A DNA stretch of 64,000 nt from an uncultured Acidobacteriota bacterium (GTDB lineage: Bacteria; Acidobacteriota; Vicinamibacteria; Fen-336), in NCBI GenBank assembly GCA_963720545.1, contig OY970399.1:32001-96000 (forward strand), given 5' to 3'. Below the pieces are notes generated by a model. The model saw only the letters and a program-made list of their open reading frames with translations. It did no database searches and had not been told where the DNA came from. The position numbers were made by a program, and so were the translations under genes. The stretch's first letter is position 1, and each line of letters begins with the position of its first letter. Positions 1-11,583 of the stretch are shown here, piece by piece.

Positions 1-551
<551 letters not shown>

Positions 552-562
<11 letters not shown>

Positions 563-1991
563 GGTGTTGTCCGAACCCCCTGAAGAGAGTGAGGATGAGG
601 ATCTTCATGTCCAGCACCAGCGACCAGTTCTCGATGTAGTAGAGGTCGTACTCGATGCGCTTCTCGATCGAGGTGTTGCCGCGCCACCCGTGCACCTGCG
701 CCCAGCCGGTGATGCCCGTCTTCACACGGTGGCGCAGCATGTACTGTGGAATCTTCTCCTTGAACTCCTGGACGAAGGGTGGCCGCTCCGGGCGCGGGCC
801 CACCAGACTCATGTCACCGAGCACCACGTTGATGAGCTGCGGGAACTCGTCCACGTTGTACTTGCGGAGCCACGCGCCGATCGTGGTGCGGCGCGGGTCG
901 TCCGCGGTCGCCCACACCGGCCCGGTTTCCTTCTCGGCGTCGTGGCTCATCGAGCGGAATTTCCACATCATGAAGGTCTTGCCGTCGAGGCTCATGCGCT
1001 CCTGGCGGAAGAACACCGGGCCCGGCCCGCCCTTGAGGCGGATGAGCACGGCGATCACCGCGAACGGAACCGCCAGCAGCAGCAGCAGGGCGGTGCCGAG
1101 CACGATGTCCATGGCCCGTTTCGCAAGGCTGTACCACCCGCGCAGCGGCACCTCGTTGAGCGCCACGATCGGCACGCCGTCTAGGTCCTCGAGGCTCGCC
1201 CGCAGCGTCGCGTATTGCAGCAGGTCGGGCACCACGCGCACGTCCACGTACTCGTTCGTCACCAGGCGGATGAGGTCGAGGAGCCGGCCGTGGTCCTCGA
1301 GCGGCAGGGCGACGTAGATCTGGTCGACACCATGCTCCGCGATGACGCGCGAGGTGTCGGCGAAGCCGCCGAGGATCGGCAGGCTGGTGCCTGTGTGCGG
1401 TGTGTCGTCCACGAAACCGACGACACGGTAGCCGAGGTCGCGGTGCGCCACCAGCTTGTCGGCCACCGTGCGGCCCAGCTCGCCGGCACCGGCCACCAGC
1501 ACCCGCGTGGTGTTGTAGCCCGCCGCCCACAGCCGCTCGAGGTAACGCCGCAGCGAGTAGCGGCCGAGCGTCAGGGCCGCGACGTCGAGAACGAAGAACA
1601 GGACGAACACGGCCTGGCTGTACTCCCAGAGCGGCGCCACATCCGGGCCGAAGCGGTGATAGACGCGCACGTACAACGTGAAGGCAAGGAGCGCCGCGGC
1701 GCCGAGCGCCACGCTGAAAACGATCGCGAACAGCTCGTCGACGCGGCTGCGCGTGCGCTTGATCTGGTAGAGGCCGTGGAAATAGAGGATGGCGGGCCAC
1801 GCCAGCACGATCACGGGCACCAGCAGCAGGTAGCGCGACAGCTCCGGGACGCCCTTGGTGACCGGCAGCAAGGCCGTGATGAAGGGTGCCTCGAAGCGCA
1901 GGATGTAGGCGAGGAGCCACGCGAGCACCGTGGACACGAGGTCCACGACCACGAAGATGGTGACGATGCGGCTCGTCTGAAACCTCAGCAT
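552..1991 (-). CDS. wcaJ: Undecaprenyl-phosphate sugar phosphotransferase (WcaJ/WbaP family)
   Basis: N-terminal TM helices, [57 protein letters not shown]. Confidence 0.9.
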
Positions 1992-3088
1992 TTGGAGTCG
2001 GCGAACGCCCGGAAACGGGCCTCGAACACGGGCACGTCGAACTGCTCGGCCCGCGCGCGTAACGCCACCGGGTCGAATTGTAGCCGGTCCAGCCGTTCCA
2101 CCGTTTGCCGCAGCGCCTGCGGGGTTGCCTCGCGAAACACCAGGCCGGTCTCGTCCTCGACCACACTCTCCGGGCCGCCGCCCTCGCCAAACACCACCGC
2201 AGGGCGAGCGCAGGCCATCGCCTCCAGCGGCACGATGCCGAAGTCTTCGACGCTCGCCATGATGACGGCGCGGCAGCCGCGGTAAGCGTCGCGCAGGCGC
2301 ACGTCGTCGAGATAGCCGGTGAACTCCGCCTCGCTCGGCGCCATGCGCCGCAGGCGCGCTTCCTCGGCGGGCGTGCCCTTGCCGACAATCTTCAGCCTGC
2401 GGCCGGTGCCGCGGTACGCCTCGAGGATGAGCTCGGTGCGCTTGTACGGCACGAGTGCCGTGACCACCAGGTCGTAGTCGCCAGGTGGCGAGCCGTCCGG
2501 CGTGAAGAATGCGGCGTCGACCGGCGGCTCGATCACCTCAGCCGTGCGCTGGTAGTAGCGCTGGATGCGCGCCGCAACGTACTTGCTGTTGGCGACGAAA
2601 TGGTGCACGCGGTTCGCGGTCGCCGCGTCCCAGCGACGCAGCGCCGCCGCCACCGGCCGCGCCACCGCGCGCGTCAGTGGTCCAGCACGTTCCGAGCCGA
2701 AGTAGTCGTCGAAGCGGTCCCACACGTAGCGCATCGGCGTGTGGCAATAGCAGATGTGCACGGCGCCCGGCGCCACCTTGACGCTCTTGACGACGCAGTG
2801 CGAGCTGGAGATGACGAGGCGGTAGGGCGACATGTCCATGGTCGCGACCGCGGCGGGGAAGAGCGGCAGGTAGCTGCGGTAGCGGCTCGCGGCCTTGGGC
2901 AGGTGCTGCACGAAGGTGGTGCGGATGTCGCGCGCCTCGAGGTCGGGCGTGAGCGCGCCCGGCACCCGCAGCAGTGTGTGGATCGGCGCCGCGGGGTAGA
3001 GGCGCGCGAGCGAGCGCAGCACCTTCTCGCCACCGCGCATGCCGGTGAGCCAGTCGTGGACCAGGGCGGCGGCGCGAGGTTCGCTCAC
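1985..3088 (-). CDS. Glycosyltransferase family 4
   Basis: HDWLTGMRGGEKVL and EDFGIVPLEAMACA (Ex7E motif). Confidence 0.9.
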   Translation of the reverse strand: MSEPRAAALVHDWLTGMRGGEKVLRSLARLYPAAPIHTLLRVPGALTPDLEARDIRTTFVQHLPKAASRYRSYLPLFPAAVATMDMSPYRLVISSSHCVVKSVKVAPGAVHICYCHTPMRYVWDRFDDYFGSERAGPLTRAVARPVAAALRRWDAATANRVHHFVANSKYVAARIQRYYQRTAEVIEPPVDAAFFTPDGSPPGDYDLVVTALVPYKRTELILEAYRGTGRRLKIVGKGTPAEEARLRRMAPSEAEFTGYLDDVRLRDAYRGCRAVIMASVEDFGIVPLEAMACARPAVVFGEGGGPESVVEDETGLVFREATPQALRQTVERLDRLQFDPVALRARAEQFDVPVFEARFRAFADSKC

Positions 3089-3128
3089 GCCGCCTGTTCT
3101 AGCCTATGTGCCGCTGCGGCCGTGAACC

Positions 3129-6100
3129 CTAGCGGCCGAACAGGTAGCGGACGCCGAGCTGCACTTCGCGGCCCGAGAAGAACTCGGTCGGCTTGCCGAA
3201 GTCGGCGCCCGAGACGTTGGTCACGTTGAGGACGTTGTCGGTGTTGAAGACGTTGAAGGCTTCGGCGAGCACCGAGAGGGAGTTGCGCCCGGCGACCTTG
3301 AACACCTTCTCGAGGCGCAGGTCGAGGTTGCGGAACGCCTTGGTGCGGAAGTTGTTGCGCGGCACGGCGGTGTCGCGCTGGTCCACCAGGCCGTCGCCGT
3401 CGAGGTCCTGGATGCCGCGCGGGTTGAAGGCGAGACCGCTGCGCCACACGAAGATGCCGGAGAGGTTGATGTCGAGCGGCAGCGTGACCACTCCGCTCGC
3501 GACCAGGTTGTGCGGCACCGACTGGTTCGACGGGCCGAAGTCTTTCTCGGGGTTGTTGTTGTCGCTGAAGGTCGAGCCGACGTTGCCCGAGAGCAGGTTG
3601 TCCTTGGCGCTCGAGTAGGTGTACGACACGAGGAACGCGTACCGCTTGCTGTAGCGCTTCTGCAGCGCCACGGCGACGCCGTCGTATTCGATGCGGCCTT
3701 CGTACCCCACCTGGTCGATGCGGGGGCCGCCGTCCGTCGTCTTGCCGAAGTTGGGATCGCCCTGCTGCGCCGGGAACAGGTTGACGATGCGCCGCGTCAA
3801 CAGGTCCTTGCTGCGGCGGTGCACGTAGGTGGCCGAGATGCCGATGTCGTCGGTCAGCTTCTGGTCGATGCCCACCGTGAAGGCGTTGGTCACCGGGGTC
3901 TTGTCCTCGCTGTAGCGCGAGATCGAGCGGCTGCCGCTCAACGGCCCGCGCGGGAAGAACGAGAGCACGCGGTTGCCGAGGATCGAGCCGCCGGGGACGT
4001 CGAAGAACTCGAAGTCGGTGCCGGCGTAGGTGGTCTCGAGCCGCTGAATCGCCTGCGCAGGCGTCAGGCCGCTGAGGCTCTGGATGTTGTCGGCGGTGAC
4101 CACCGGCGGCGCGCCGGGGTTCGGCACCGCGATGCCGAGCAGCTTGTAGAGCGCCAACGGATCGTTGCGCAGGTCGCTCGCGAACCTGGCGTAGAGCGGG
4201 TTCTCCGCGGGCGAGCGCAGACCGCCGCCGATGGGGAAGCCGGAGGTGATGACGAGGTCGATGAGCGTGTCGGTGTAGTCCGAGCCGAGCCGCGGCAGCG
4301 CCACGTCGAACGCCGACGTCGAGAAGATGCCGCCCTTCTCGGGCACCGTGGCGGCCGCGGTCAGCAGGTTGCGGTCGTTGAAGCGGCCCCAGTTCGCCTT
4401 CAGGATGGTGCTCTGCTTGCCGCTCAGGTCATAGGCGAAGCCGAGGCGCGGACCGAAGTTGTCGGTGTCGCCGCTGAACAGGCTGGAGCGGTCGTAGCGC
4501 AGGCCGCCGTTCACGGTGAGGCGGTCGTTGACCTTGAGGCGGTCCTGCACGAAACCGCCCCAGGTCTTGTCCTTGATGTCCACGTCGAGCGTCTGGCCCG
4601 GGGGCGGGAACGCGAGGAAGAAGCGCGCCGCCGACTGCTGGAAGCCGAGGCGCTGGAAGAGCGCGGCATTGTCGGCGGCCGCGGTCGGCGAGAGGAAGGC
4701 GCCGGAGTACTCGACGTCGTTGACGACGCTGTCGGAGCCGTCCACCGCCACGCTGCTCCAGTCCCAGCCGGCCTTCAGCTCGTGGTTGCCGCCGAAGCCG
4801 CTCTTCACCCACGAGAGGTTCTGCGCCAGCTCGAAGTTGCGGGTGTTGCGCACGTTGGTACCGCCGAACGGCGCGCCCGTCTGCAGGAAGCCGCTCGCGA
4901 GCAGCAGCAGCAGCGGCTCGGCGCGCTCGGTGCGGTCGAGGTTCTGGCCGACCTTGCCCTTGATGAAGGTGGCCGAGCTCTCGAGGAACACCTGCGGCGA
5001 GAGGATGGCGGTGTGGCGCAGGATCCCGCTGTTGGCCTTGCGGGTGGCGTCGGCCGCCGCGCTCGGCAGTGCGACGGTGCCGGACACCGGCGAGCTGATG
5101 GCGCCCGAGCGGTCCTCGTCGCTGCGGTTCAGCTGCAGGAACAGGCGGTTGTTCGAGTTGAGGTTGTAGTCGAACTTCAGCATGCCGTTGAAGCGGTCGG
5201 TCTTGGGGGCGATGCCGAAGTCCTCGGCGCCGCCAGGCGTTGCGATGCCGCTCTTGACGAAGTCGGGGATGGTCGCCTGGTTGATGTTGACGCCGCGCTT
5301 TTCGTCGAGCAGCTCGAAGGTGCCGAAGAAGAACGCCTTGTCCTTCTTGATGGGGCCGCCGAGGCTGGCGCCGTACTGGTAGCGGCTCAGCTCGGGCGGA
5401 TCCTGGTCGGGCACGTTCGACGAGTCGAACGAGTCGTTGCGCGCGAACAGGAACGCGCTGCCCTGGAACAGGTTGCTGCCGGAGCGCGTGACGATGTTGG
5501 CGACGCCGCCCTGGGCGCGGCCGAACTGCGCCTCGTAGCCGGTGGTGATGACCTCGAATTCCTGGATCGAGTCCTGGGTGTAGCGAATGAACGGGCCGCC
5601 GTTCAGGGGATCGTTGTTGTTGCCGCCGTCCACGAGGTAGGAGGTTGCCGAGGCGCGCTCGCCGAACACCGACACCTGGTCGAGGGCGCCGCCCTGCTGG
5701 TCGCCGCTCACCGGCGTCGCGCCGGGCACGAGGCGGACGAGGTCCACGAACTCGCGGCCGTTCAGTGGCAGCGAGTCGATGGTCTGCTGGGTGATGCGGT
5801 TCGCGACGGCGGAGCGCTCGACGTCGATGACCGGCGCCGACGACACCACGTCCACCGCTTCCTCGACGCCCGCCGGCGACAGGCCGAACTCGACGCGCGT
5901 GTCGGCATCGATCGCCACTTCGACGCCGCGCTTCGTCTGGCGGCCGAAGCCGGCACTCTCGGCGCTCACTTCATAGCGGCCGGGCGGCAGCGAGGCGAAG
6001 CGGTAGGTGCCTTCGTCGCTGGTCGTGGCCTTGCGGCCGTCCGTGGGCAGGTTGCCGCCGCGCACCGTCACGCTGGCGCCGCTCAGCACCGCACCGCTCG

Positions 6101-6206
6101 AGTCGCGCACCGTGCCGGCGATGGTGCCGGTGATCTGCGCGCTCGCGCCAGGGATGAAACTCAGGGACAGGGCCACTGCGGCCAGGGCGGTCAACAATCG
6201 TTGCAT
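3129..6206 (-). CDS. TonB-dependent receptor with N-terminal carboxypeptidase-regulatory-like domain (Oar type)
   Basis: Signal peptide MQRLLTALAAVALSL..ASAQ, ITGTIAGTVRDSSGAVL, LPLNGREF, VTRSGSN plug/barrel junction, C-terminal QLGVRYLF. Start re-placed at ATG 6206. Confidence 0.9.
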   Translation of the reverse strand: MQRLLTALAAVALSLSFIPGASAQITGTIAGTVRDSSGAVLSGASVTVRGGNLPTDGRKATTSDEGTYRFASLPPGRYEVSAESAGFGRQTKRGVEVAIDADTRVEFGLSPAGVEEAVDVVSSAPVIDVERSAVANRITQQTIDSLPLNGREFVDLVRLVPGATPVSGDQQGGALDQVSVFGERASATSYLVDGGNNNDPLNGGPFIRYTQDSIQEFEVITTGYEAQFGRAQGGVANIVTRSGSNLFQGSAFLFARNDSFDSSNVPDQDPPELSRYQYGASLGGPIKKDKAFFFGTFELLDEKRGVNINQATIPDFVKSGIATPGGAEDFGIAPKTDRFNGMLKFDYNLNSNNRLFLQLNRSDEDRSGAISSPVSGTVALPSAAADATRKANSGILRHTAILSPQVFLESSATFIKGKVGQNLDRTERAEPLLLLLASGFLQTGAPFGGTNVRNTRNFELAQNLSWVKSGFGGNHELKAGWDWSSVAVDGSDSVVNDVEYSGAFLSPTAAADNAALFQRLGFQQSAARFFLAFPPPGQTLDVDIKDKTWGGFVQDRLKVNDRLTVNGGLRYDRSSLFSGDTDNFGPRLGFAYDLSGKQSTILKANWGRFNDRNLLTAAATVPEKGGIFSTSAFDVALPRLGSDYTDTLIDLVITSGFPIGGGLRSPAENPLYARFASDLRNDPLALYKLLGIAVPNPGAPPVVTADNIQSLSGLTPAQAIQRLETTYAGTDFEFFDVPGGSILGNRVLSFFPRGPLSGSRSISRYSEDKTPVTNAFTVGIDQKLTDDIGISATYVHRRSKDLLTRRIVNLFPAQQGDPNFGKTTDGGPRIDQVGYEGRIEYDGVAVALQKRYSKRYAFLVSYTYSSAKDNLLSGNVGSTFSDNNNPEKDFGPSNQSVPHNLVASGVVTLPLDINLSGIFVWRSGLAFNPRGIQDLDGDGLVDQRDTAVPRNNFRTKAFRNLDLRLEKVFKVAGRNSLSVLAEAFNVFNTDNVLNVTNVSGADFGKPTEFFSGREVQLGVRYLFGR

Positions 6207-6286
6207 TGGACAGGCGCCTCCGTTGGGGCGGATTCTCCACTGCGCATGACGAACGTGCAACGGCAATGCGTCAGCGGTGCTCCAAA

Positions 6287-7186
6287 CTATTGTTCGAGGA
6301 ACTGGAGCAAGTCGCGCGCGAAGCGCTGCGGCTCTTCCCAGTGGAGCGCATGGCCGGTGTCCGGGTAGACGATGAGGCGCGAGCCGGCGATGCCGGCGAG
6401 CAACCCGTCCTGGTCGGCGCGCGTCAACATCGCGTCCTTGTCGCCCCACACCAGGAGCGTCTTCGCCTTGATGCGCGCGAGCCGCGGACCGGGCTCGCTG
6501 CCGCCGAAGTCTCGGCCCAGCTCGTTCCAGACCCGTGCCGGCACACGCAGCACCTCGCCGATCATCGTCTCGAGGAACAGCGGCGGCAGCGGCTTCCAGG
6601 CGGTGCCGGCCTGGAAGTCGCGCGCGAACGCCTCGGGCACCGGGTCCTTGATGCTCGCGAACATCTGGCTCAACTCGGACGGCGTCTCCTCCTTGCGCGG
6701 GCCGCCGGGTCCGGAACCGACCAGCACCAGCCGCGTGATCCGCCGGCCGGCATCGGCGTCGTTCTGCGCCACCTCCTGCGCCACGAAGCTGCCGAGCGAG
6801 TGGCCGACCAGGCACACGTCCTTCATGTCCTGTTCGGCGATGAGGTCGCTGATGTCCTGCGCCATGTCCTTGCGGCTGAACCCGGTCGCCGGCTTGTCGC
6901 TCAGGCCATGCCCGCGCAAGGTGACGGCATAGACGCGGTACTTCGCCGGCAGCGACGGCAGCACCAGGTCCCACGAATGCCACGAGTCACCGACGCCGTG
7001 CAGCAGCACCACCTTCGGCCCGGCGGGATCGCCCTGGGTGACGACGTGCAGGGTGATGCCCGACTTCAGCTTCACCATGGACGCCGTTTGCGGAGCGGCG
7101 GCGTCCGCCGGCGCCGCGGCCGCCACGATCAGGGCCAATGCGGCTGCGAGAAAAACTCTGGTCTTGCTTGGCTTTGGCGTTGTCAT
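6287..7186 (-). CDS. Secreted alpha/beta-fold hydrolase
   Basis: Signal peptide, LLHGVGDS, GHSLG nucleophile elbow, WGDKD, GHALHWEEP. ATG 7186 overlaps the upstream stop (ATGA). Confidence 0.88.
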   Translation of the reverse strand: MTTPKPSKTRVFLAAALALIVAAAAPADAAAPQTASMVKLKSGITLHVVTQGDPAGPKVVLLHGVGDSWHSWDLVLPSLPAKYRVYAVTLRGHGLSDKPATGFSRKDMAQDISDLIAEQDMKDVCLVGHSLGSFVAQEVAQNDADAGRRITRLVLVGSGPGGPRKEETPSELSQMFASIKDPVPEAFARDFQAGTAWKPLPPLFLETMIGEVLRVPARVWNELGRDFGGSEPGPRLARIKAKTLLVWGDKDAMLTRADQDGLLAGIAGSRLIVYPDTGHALHWEEPQRFARDLLQFLEQ

Positions 7187-8334
7187 GCGACGGTCTGGTT
7201 CTCCTTGCTCATTGGCAGTCCCAGCGCCTGCTGGTAGCTGCGGCGAATTCCCGTGACCGAGCGCTCCCAGCTGAAGTGCCGGGCCCTCGCGAATCCGCGC
7301 TCCACGAGCCGTGCGCGCAAGCCCGCGTCCTCGAGCACCGACGCGACGCCGTTCGCGATGCTTTCGATGCTCTCCGGCTCGATCAGCACCGCGGCGTCGC
7401 CCACCACTTCGGGCAGCGACGAGGTGTTGGAGGTGACGACCGGCGTGCCGCACGCCATCGCCTCGAGCGGCGGCAGGCCGAAGCCCTCGTAGAGCGACGG
7501 GAACGCGAACACGTCGGCGAGACGGTAGAGCGCCGCCAATGTCGGGTCGGGGACGAAGCCGAAGAAGCGCACGTCGCGGCGGATGCCCTCCGTCTCCACC
7601 AGGCGGCGCAGCGACACGAAGCCGCCGGCCTCCTCGCCGATGACGATGAGCTTGAGGTCGTCCATGCCCGCGCGCTTTTTGACTAGCGCGAATGCCGACA
7701 CCAGCCGCGCCAGGTTCTTGTGCGGCTTGATGTTGCCGACGAACAGCACGAAGCGGCCGTGGATCTGGTAGCGCTCGCGCACCTGCGCGAGTTCCTCGTC
7801 GCCCGGCGCCACCAGCAGCGACTCGTCGATGGCGTTCGCGATCACCGAGATGCGGCCGGGGTCGGTCTTTGGAAAGAAGTGCAGGATGTCGTTGCGCGAC
7901 GCCTCGGAGACGGTGAGGATGCGCCGCGCCGAACGCGTCGCATGGCCGATCATGTAGCGGGCGTAGGTATGCGCGACCCGGTTCGGCAGGTACTGCGGGA
8001 AGCGCAGGTGGATACAGTCGTGGATCGTCACCACCGACGGCGCCGGGCAGCGCAGCGGCAGGACGTAGTGCGGCGAGTGGAAGAGCTCGGCGCCCAGCTT
8101 GCGCAGGTGGCGCGGGATGGTGAGCTGCTCCTCGATGCTGTAGCCGCGCGCGCTCTCGACGATCGGCACGAAGTTCTCGCCGAGCACCCGGATTTCCGCC
8201 TCCTCGGGCGGCTCGCACAGGATGAAGTAGGTGGTGGCGTTGTCGATGCGCGCGAGATGGCGCACCAGGTTGCGCACGTACGTGCCGATTCCGTAATCGC
8301 GCCATTTGCGCGCGTCGATCGCGATGCGGGCCAC
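7183..8334 (-). CDS. Glycosyltransferase family 4
   Basis: [44 protein letters not shown] start inferred. Confidence 0.9.
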   Translation of the reverse strand: MARIAIDARKWRDYGIGTYVRNLVRHLARIDNATTYFILCEPPEEAEIRVLGENFVPIVESARGYSIEEQLTIPRHLRKLGAELFHSPHYVLPLRCPAPSVVTIHDCIHLRFPQYLPNRVAHTYARYMIGHATRSARRILTVSEASRNDILHFFPKTDPGRISVIANAIDESLLVAPGDEELAQVRERYQIHGRFVLFVGNIKPHKNLARLVSAFALVKKRAGMDDLKLIVIGEEAGGFVSLRRLVETEGIRRDVRFFGFVPDPTLAALYRLADVFAFPSLYEGFGLPPLEAMACGTPVVTSNTSSLPEVVGDAAVLIEPESIESIANGVASVLEDAGLRARLVERGFARARHFSWERSVTGIRRSYQQALGLPMSKENQTVA

Positions 8335-8356
8335 GGGCGATTCTAGATCGTGCCGC

Positions 8357-9244
8357 CTAGGCCCTGGGCAGCGGACCGCCGAGCGCCAGCCGCCGCAGCT
8401 GCGGGGAGCGCTCGCGAAAGCCGCGCAGCAGCAGGTGGACCCGCAGCGCGAGGCTCGCGATGAGGCCGTTGTGCTTGGCGTAATACCGCAGGTGCGCCTG
8501 GTGATAGGCGAGCCGGGCGAACTCCGGCGCGTGTGCCACGCTGCGGCCGCCGTGGTGGGTGACGTGCGCCTCGGGCACGAACGCGAGCCGGAAGCCGGCA
8601 CGCCGCAGCCGCAGGCACAGGTCGGCATCTTCCTCATAAAGGAAGAAGCGCTCGTCGAAGCCGCCGAGCTGACGAACCGCGGCCGTGCGCACCATGAGGC
8701 AGGACCCCGACAGCCAGTCGGGCTCGAACCAGTTCGCGGTCTCCGCCTCGAGCGCCGCGAGCGCCACCGGGTCGCGGCGGCGCAGGTCGCGCATCCGCTG
8801 CCGCTGGCGCCGCTCGGCAAGCGGTGTCAGGTCCGGGCCGAACGAGAGCTGGATCGTGCCGTCGGTCTCGATCGTCTTCGGGCCGACGGCGGCCACGTCG
8901 GGCCGCTTCACGAGCACGTCGATGAGCGCCGAGAAGGCACCGGGCGCCGCTTCCGTGTCGGGGTTGAGGAACAGGACATACGGGACGTCGCCGACTGCCT
9001 CGAGCCCCTGGTTGCACGCGGCAGCAAAGCCGAGGTTCGCGTCGTTGCTCAGCACAACAGCTTCGGGCCACGACTGGCGGGCGAGCTCCACCGTATCGTC
9101 GCCGCTGGCGTTATCGACGATCACGACGCGCAGGCCGATCGACGCTTCGGTTTCGAGCGCGCGCAGGCACGCCTCGATCACCGGCGAGGAGTGGTGGGTG
9201 ACGACCACGACGCCGAGCGTCTTCGTCGGGCTGATTGTCGTCAT
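8357..9244 (-). CDS. Glycosyltransferase family 2
   Basis: VDNASGD, NLGFAAACN, FLNPD, GGFDERFFLYEEDADLC. Confidence 0.9.
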   Translation of the reverse strand: MTTISPTKTLGVVVVTHHSSPVIEACLRALETEASIGLRVVIVDNASGDDTVELARQSWPEAVVLSNDANLGFAAACNQGLEAVGDVPYVLFLNPDTEAAPGAFSALIDVLVKRPDVAAVGPKTIETDGTIQLSFGPDLTPLAERRQRQRMRDLRRRDPVALAALEAETANWFEPDWLSGSCLMVRTAAVRQLGGFDERFFLYEEDADLCLRLRRAGFRLAFVPEAHVTHHGGRSVAHAPEFARLAYHQAHLRYYAKHNGLIASLALRVHLLLRGFRERSPQLRRLALGGPLPRA

Positions 9245-10335
9245 GGCTGCCCCGGCCCGGCGGCGTCGCGCAAGGCGGCAAGCGTCTGCGCCGCGCAGGT
9301 ATCCCATGAGAACGACCGCGCCAGCTCAGGGCCGCGCAGCGCGAGAGACGCGCGCAGCTCGGCGTCGTCGAGCACTCTCGCGAGTGTTTCCGCCAGGCGC
9401 TGCGGCTGCGACGCATCGGCGACGAGCGCGGCCGAGGCGAAGAGGTCGGTGAGCGGGCGATCCTGGGAGACGACCAGCGGAAGGCCTGCCGCCAGCGCCT
9501 CGAGGGCCGGCAGGCCGAAGCCCTCATAGCGCGACAGGTAGATGGCGGCGGTTGCCGTCGCCAGCAGCGACTCGCGGCCCCCGTCGTCGATGAAGCCGTC
9601 GAACCGCACGGCGTCCTCGATGCCGAGCGCGCGCGCCTGCGCTTCGCCGTCCCAGCGCGGGTGGGTGCGGTTGTCGCCGACGACGTGCAGGCGGAAGTCG
9701 CGGCCCTGACGCCGCAACAGCGCGCAGGCGGCGAGGAGCTCCGGCATGCGCCGCCGGTTGAACAAGCTGCCAACGCTGAGGAGCACCGGAGGCCCGGCCT
9801 GCGGCGGGGGCTCGCGGTGCTTTGCCACCGCTTCGGCTGCGGGTGCGATCACGCGCGTCTTCGCCGCCGCTTTGGGAAAGCGGCGCGCGATCTCCTCCTT
9901 CATGAACTGAGACAGCGTCAGCACCAGCGTCGAGGCGCGGATGCTCGCGCCCACGAGAGTTCGGCGGCGCAGCCCCTCGCGCCACGTGAAGTCGTCGGGC
10001 ACCGCGAAGAAAGACAGGTCGTGGACCGCCGTGACGCGCGGCAGCTTCGCAAAGACGGGACAGGAGAAAGCCGGCGAGAAGAACACGTCGAGCCCGGCCG
10101 TGCGCAGCGCCCGGGGAAGCCGCACCTGCTCGAACCAGGTGCCGCGGCGTGCGGGCAGCGAGACGACGCTCGCGCCGCGCGCGTGCCATGGGGCGAGGTC
10201 GGCGGCGGGCGCGTTCGTGAACAGGGTCAGCTGCAGTTCGCGATCGGCGCTCCATCGCGACAAGAGCGCCGCCAGATAGCGGCCAGTGCCCGTGGGCCGC
10301 GGGCCGAGTTCGCGCGCGTCGATGCCGATGCGCAA
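9241..10335 (-). CDS. Glycosyltransferase family 4
   Basis: [39 protein letters not shown] start inferred. Confidence 0.85.
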   Translation of the reverse strand: MRIGIDARELGPRPTGTGRYLAALLSRWSADRELQLTLFTNAPAADLAPWHARGASVVSLPARRGTWFEQVRLPRALRTAGLDVFFSPAFSCPVFAKLPRVTAVHDLSFFAVPDDFTWREGLRRRTLVGASIRASTLVLTLSQFMKEEIARRFPKAAAKTRVIAPAAEAVAKHREPPPQAGPPVLLSVGSLFNRRRMPELLAACALLRRQGRDFRLHVVGDNRTHPRWDGEAQARALGIEDAVRFDGFIDDGGRESLLATATAAIYLSRYEGFGLPALEALAAGLPLVVSQDRPLTDLFASAALVADASQPQRLAETLARVLDDAELRASLALRGPELARSFSWDTCAAQTLAALRDAAGPGQP

Positions 10336-10351
10336 GGCTATCGGCCCAGCG

Positions 10352-11470
10352 TCAGCGGCCTGCGACCCGCCTGTAAAAGGCGAGGGTCTGCGCGGCGGCG
10401 ATGTCCCAATCGAACGCGCGGCTGCGCGCGAGGCCGGCTTCGCGCATCTGCGCAGCGAGCGTGCGGTCGTTGAGGATGCGCTCGATGCCGCGCGCAATCG
10501 TGGACACATCCAGCGGGTTCACGAGCACCGCGGCGCCGCCCGCCACCTCCTCGAGCGCCGAGCCGGCGGAGCAGACGACCGGCAGCCCCGCGGCCATCGC
10601 CTCGGCCACAGGCAGGCCGAACCCCTCCTCGAACGACGGCAGCACCAGGGCGGCGGACGCGGCCATCAGGGCGCGGATCTCGCGCGTCTCGAGATAGCCG
10701 GTGGCATGGATGCGGGGCGAAGCGATGACGCCACCCGAGGCCCAGTGGCTGCCGGGCCCGACCAGGATGAGCGGCGGCACCTTGGTGCCGCGATGCGCGA
10801 GCCCCATGTACGCGATCGACAGGTTCACGAGGTTCTTGCGCTTCTCTTCGCTGCCGACGTAAAGGAGGGCGCCACGCGGCAGGCTGTGGCGGCGCAGCAC
10901 TCGCTCCACTTCCTCCGGTGTCGCCGGCTCGCGGTAGGCGGGATCGACGCCGTTCGGGATCACCGCGATTTTCTCGGCGGGCACCGACAGCAACAAGCGC
11001 GTCTCGGCCGCGGTGTATTCGGAGGGGCAGATGATGCCGTCCGCGCGGCGCGCGTGCTCGCGCACCAGCGGCGCATAGTCGCGGCGGATCTCGGCGTCGG
11101 TGAGGTCCGGGTGCTTGAAGAAGAACAGGTCGTGGATGGTGATGATGTGCTTCGCGCGGCGCCCGGGAACGATGAGCGGGTGCGGCGAGTGGATGAGGTC
11201 GAGCGAGGCGCCCACCAGCCGGTCGAGGCGCGGCCGGCCGAACCGGTTCCAGGCGTAGTTCAGCGCCTTCACCGGCAGCTGGCGATCCACCACCTTGACG
11301 TTCGGCGGCCAGTTGGTCGAGCCCCGGTAGCGGTCCTTGTAGGACGCCGTGAAATAGAAGAAATGGTCGCTCGGACTCTGCAGCGGCAGGCGCTCGGCAA
11401 GGGCCATGACATAGGCCCCGACCCCCGTCGGCTTCGACAGCGCGGGCCGCAGGTCGAGGGCGATGTTCAT
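10352..11470 (-). CDS. Glycosyltransferase family 4
   Basis: MNIALDLRP..TGVGAY, TIHDL, RKNL, EEGFGLPVAEAMAAG. Confidence 0.88.
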   Translation of the reverse strand: MNIALDLRPALSKPTGVGAYVMALAERLPLQSPSDHFFYFTASYKDRYRGSTNWPPNVKVVDRQLPVKALNYAWNRFGRPRLDRLVGASLDLIHSPHPLIVPGRRAKHIITIHDLFFFKHPDLTDAEIRRDYAPLVREHARRADGIICPSEYTAAETRLLLSVPAEKIAVIPNGVDPAYREPATPEEVERVLRRHSLPRGALLYVGSEEKRKNLVNLSIAYMGLAHRGTKVPPLILVGPGSHWASGGVIASPRIHATGYLETREIRALMAASAALVLPSFEEGFGLPVAEAMAAGLPVVCSAGSALEEVAGGAAVLVNPLDVSTIARGIERILNDRTLAAQMREAGLARSRAFDWDIAAAQTLAFYRRVAGR

Positions 11471-11583
11471 GACGGCGCTGATGTTACCGCACGAGCGAAA
11501 ACCGGCCTGAGCCACGCGCCCGGTTCACGGACGCAGCCGCCGGACGGGTAAAATCGGCGCCTTCCAATCCCTCGGGAGGGTGC

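Noticed and set aside
3510..6368. Long antisense or shifted-frame ORFs (e.g. 3510-6368, 34857-37034, 41564-43762, 43946-46180, 56521-58746)
   Set aside because: They shadow well-supported genes, lack motifs and are expected in high-GC DNA.
3129..6983. Receptor-hydrolase fusion suggested by the 1284-aa ORF
   Set aside because: The extension is an off-frame reading of the hydrolase gene; the receptor has its own signal peptide at ATG 6206.
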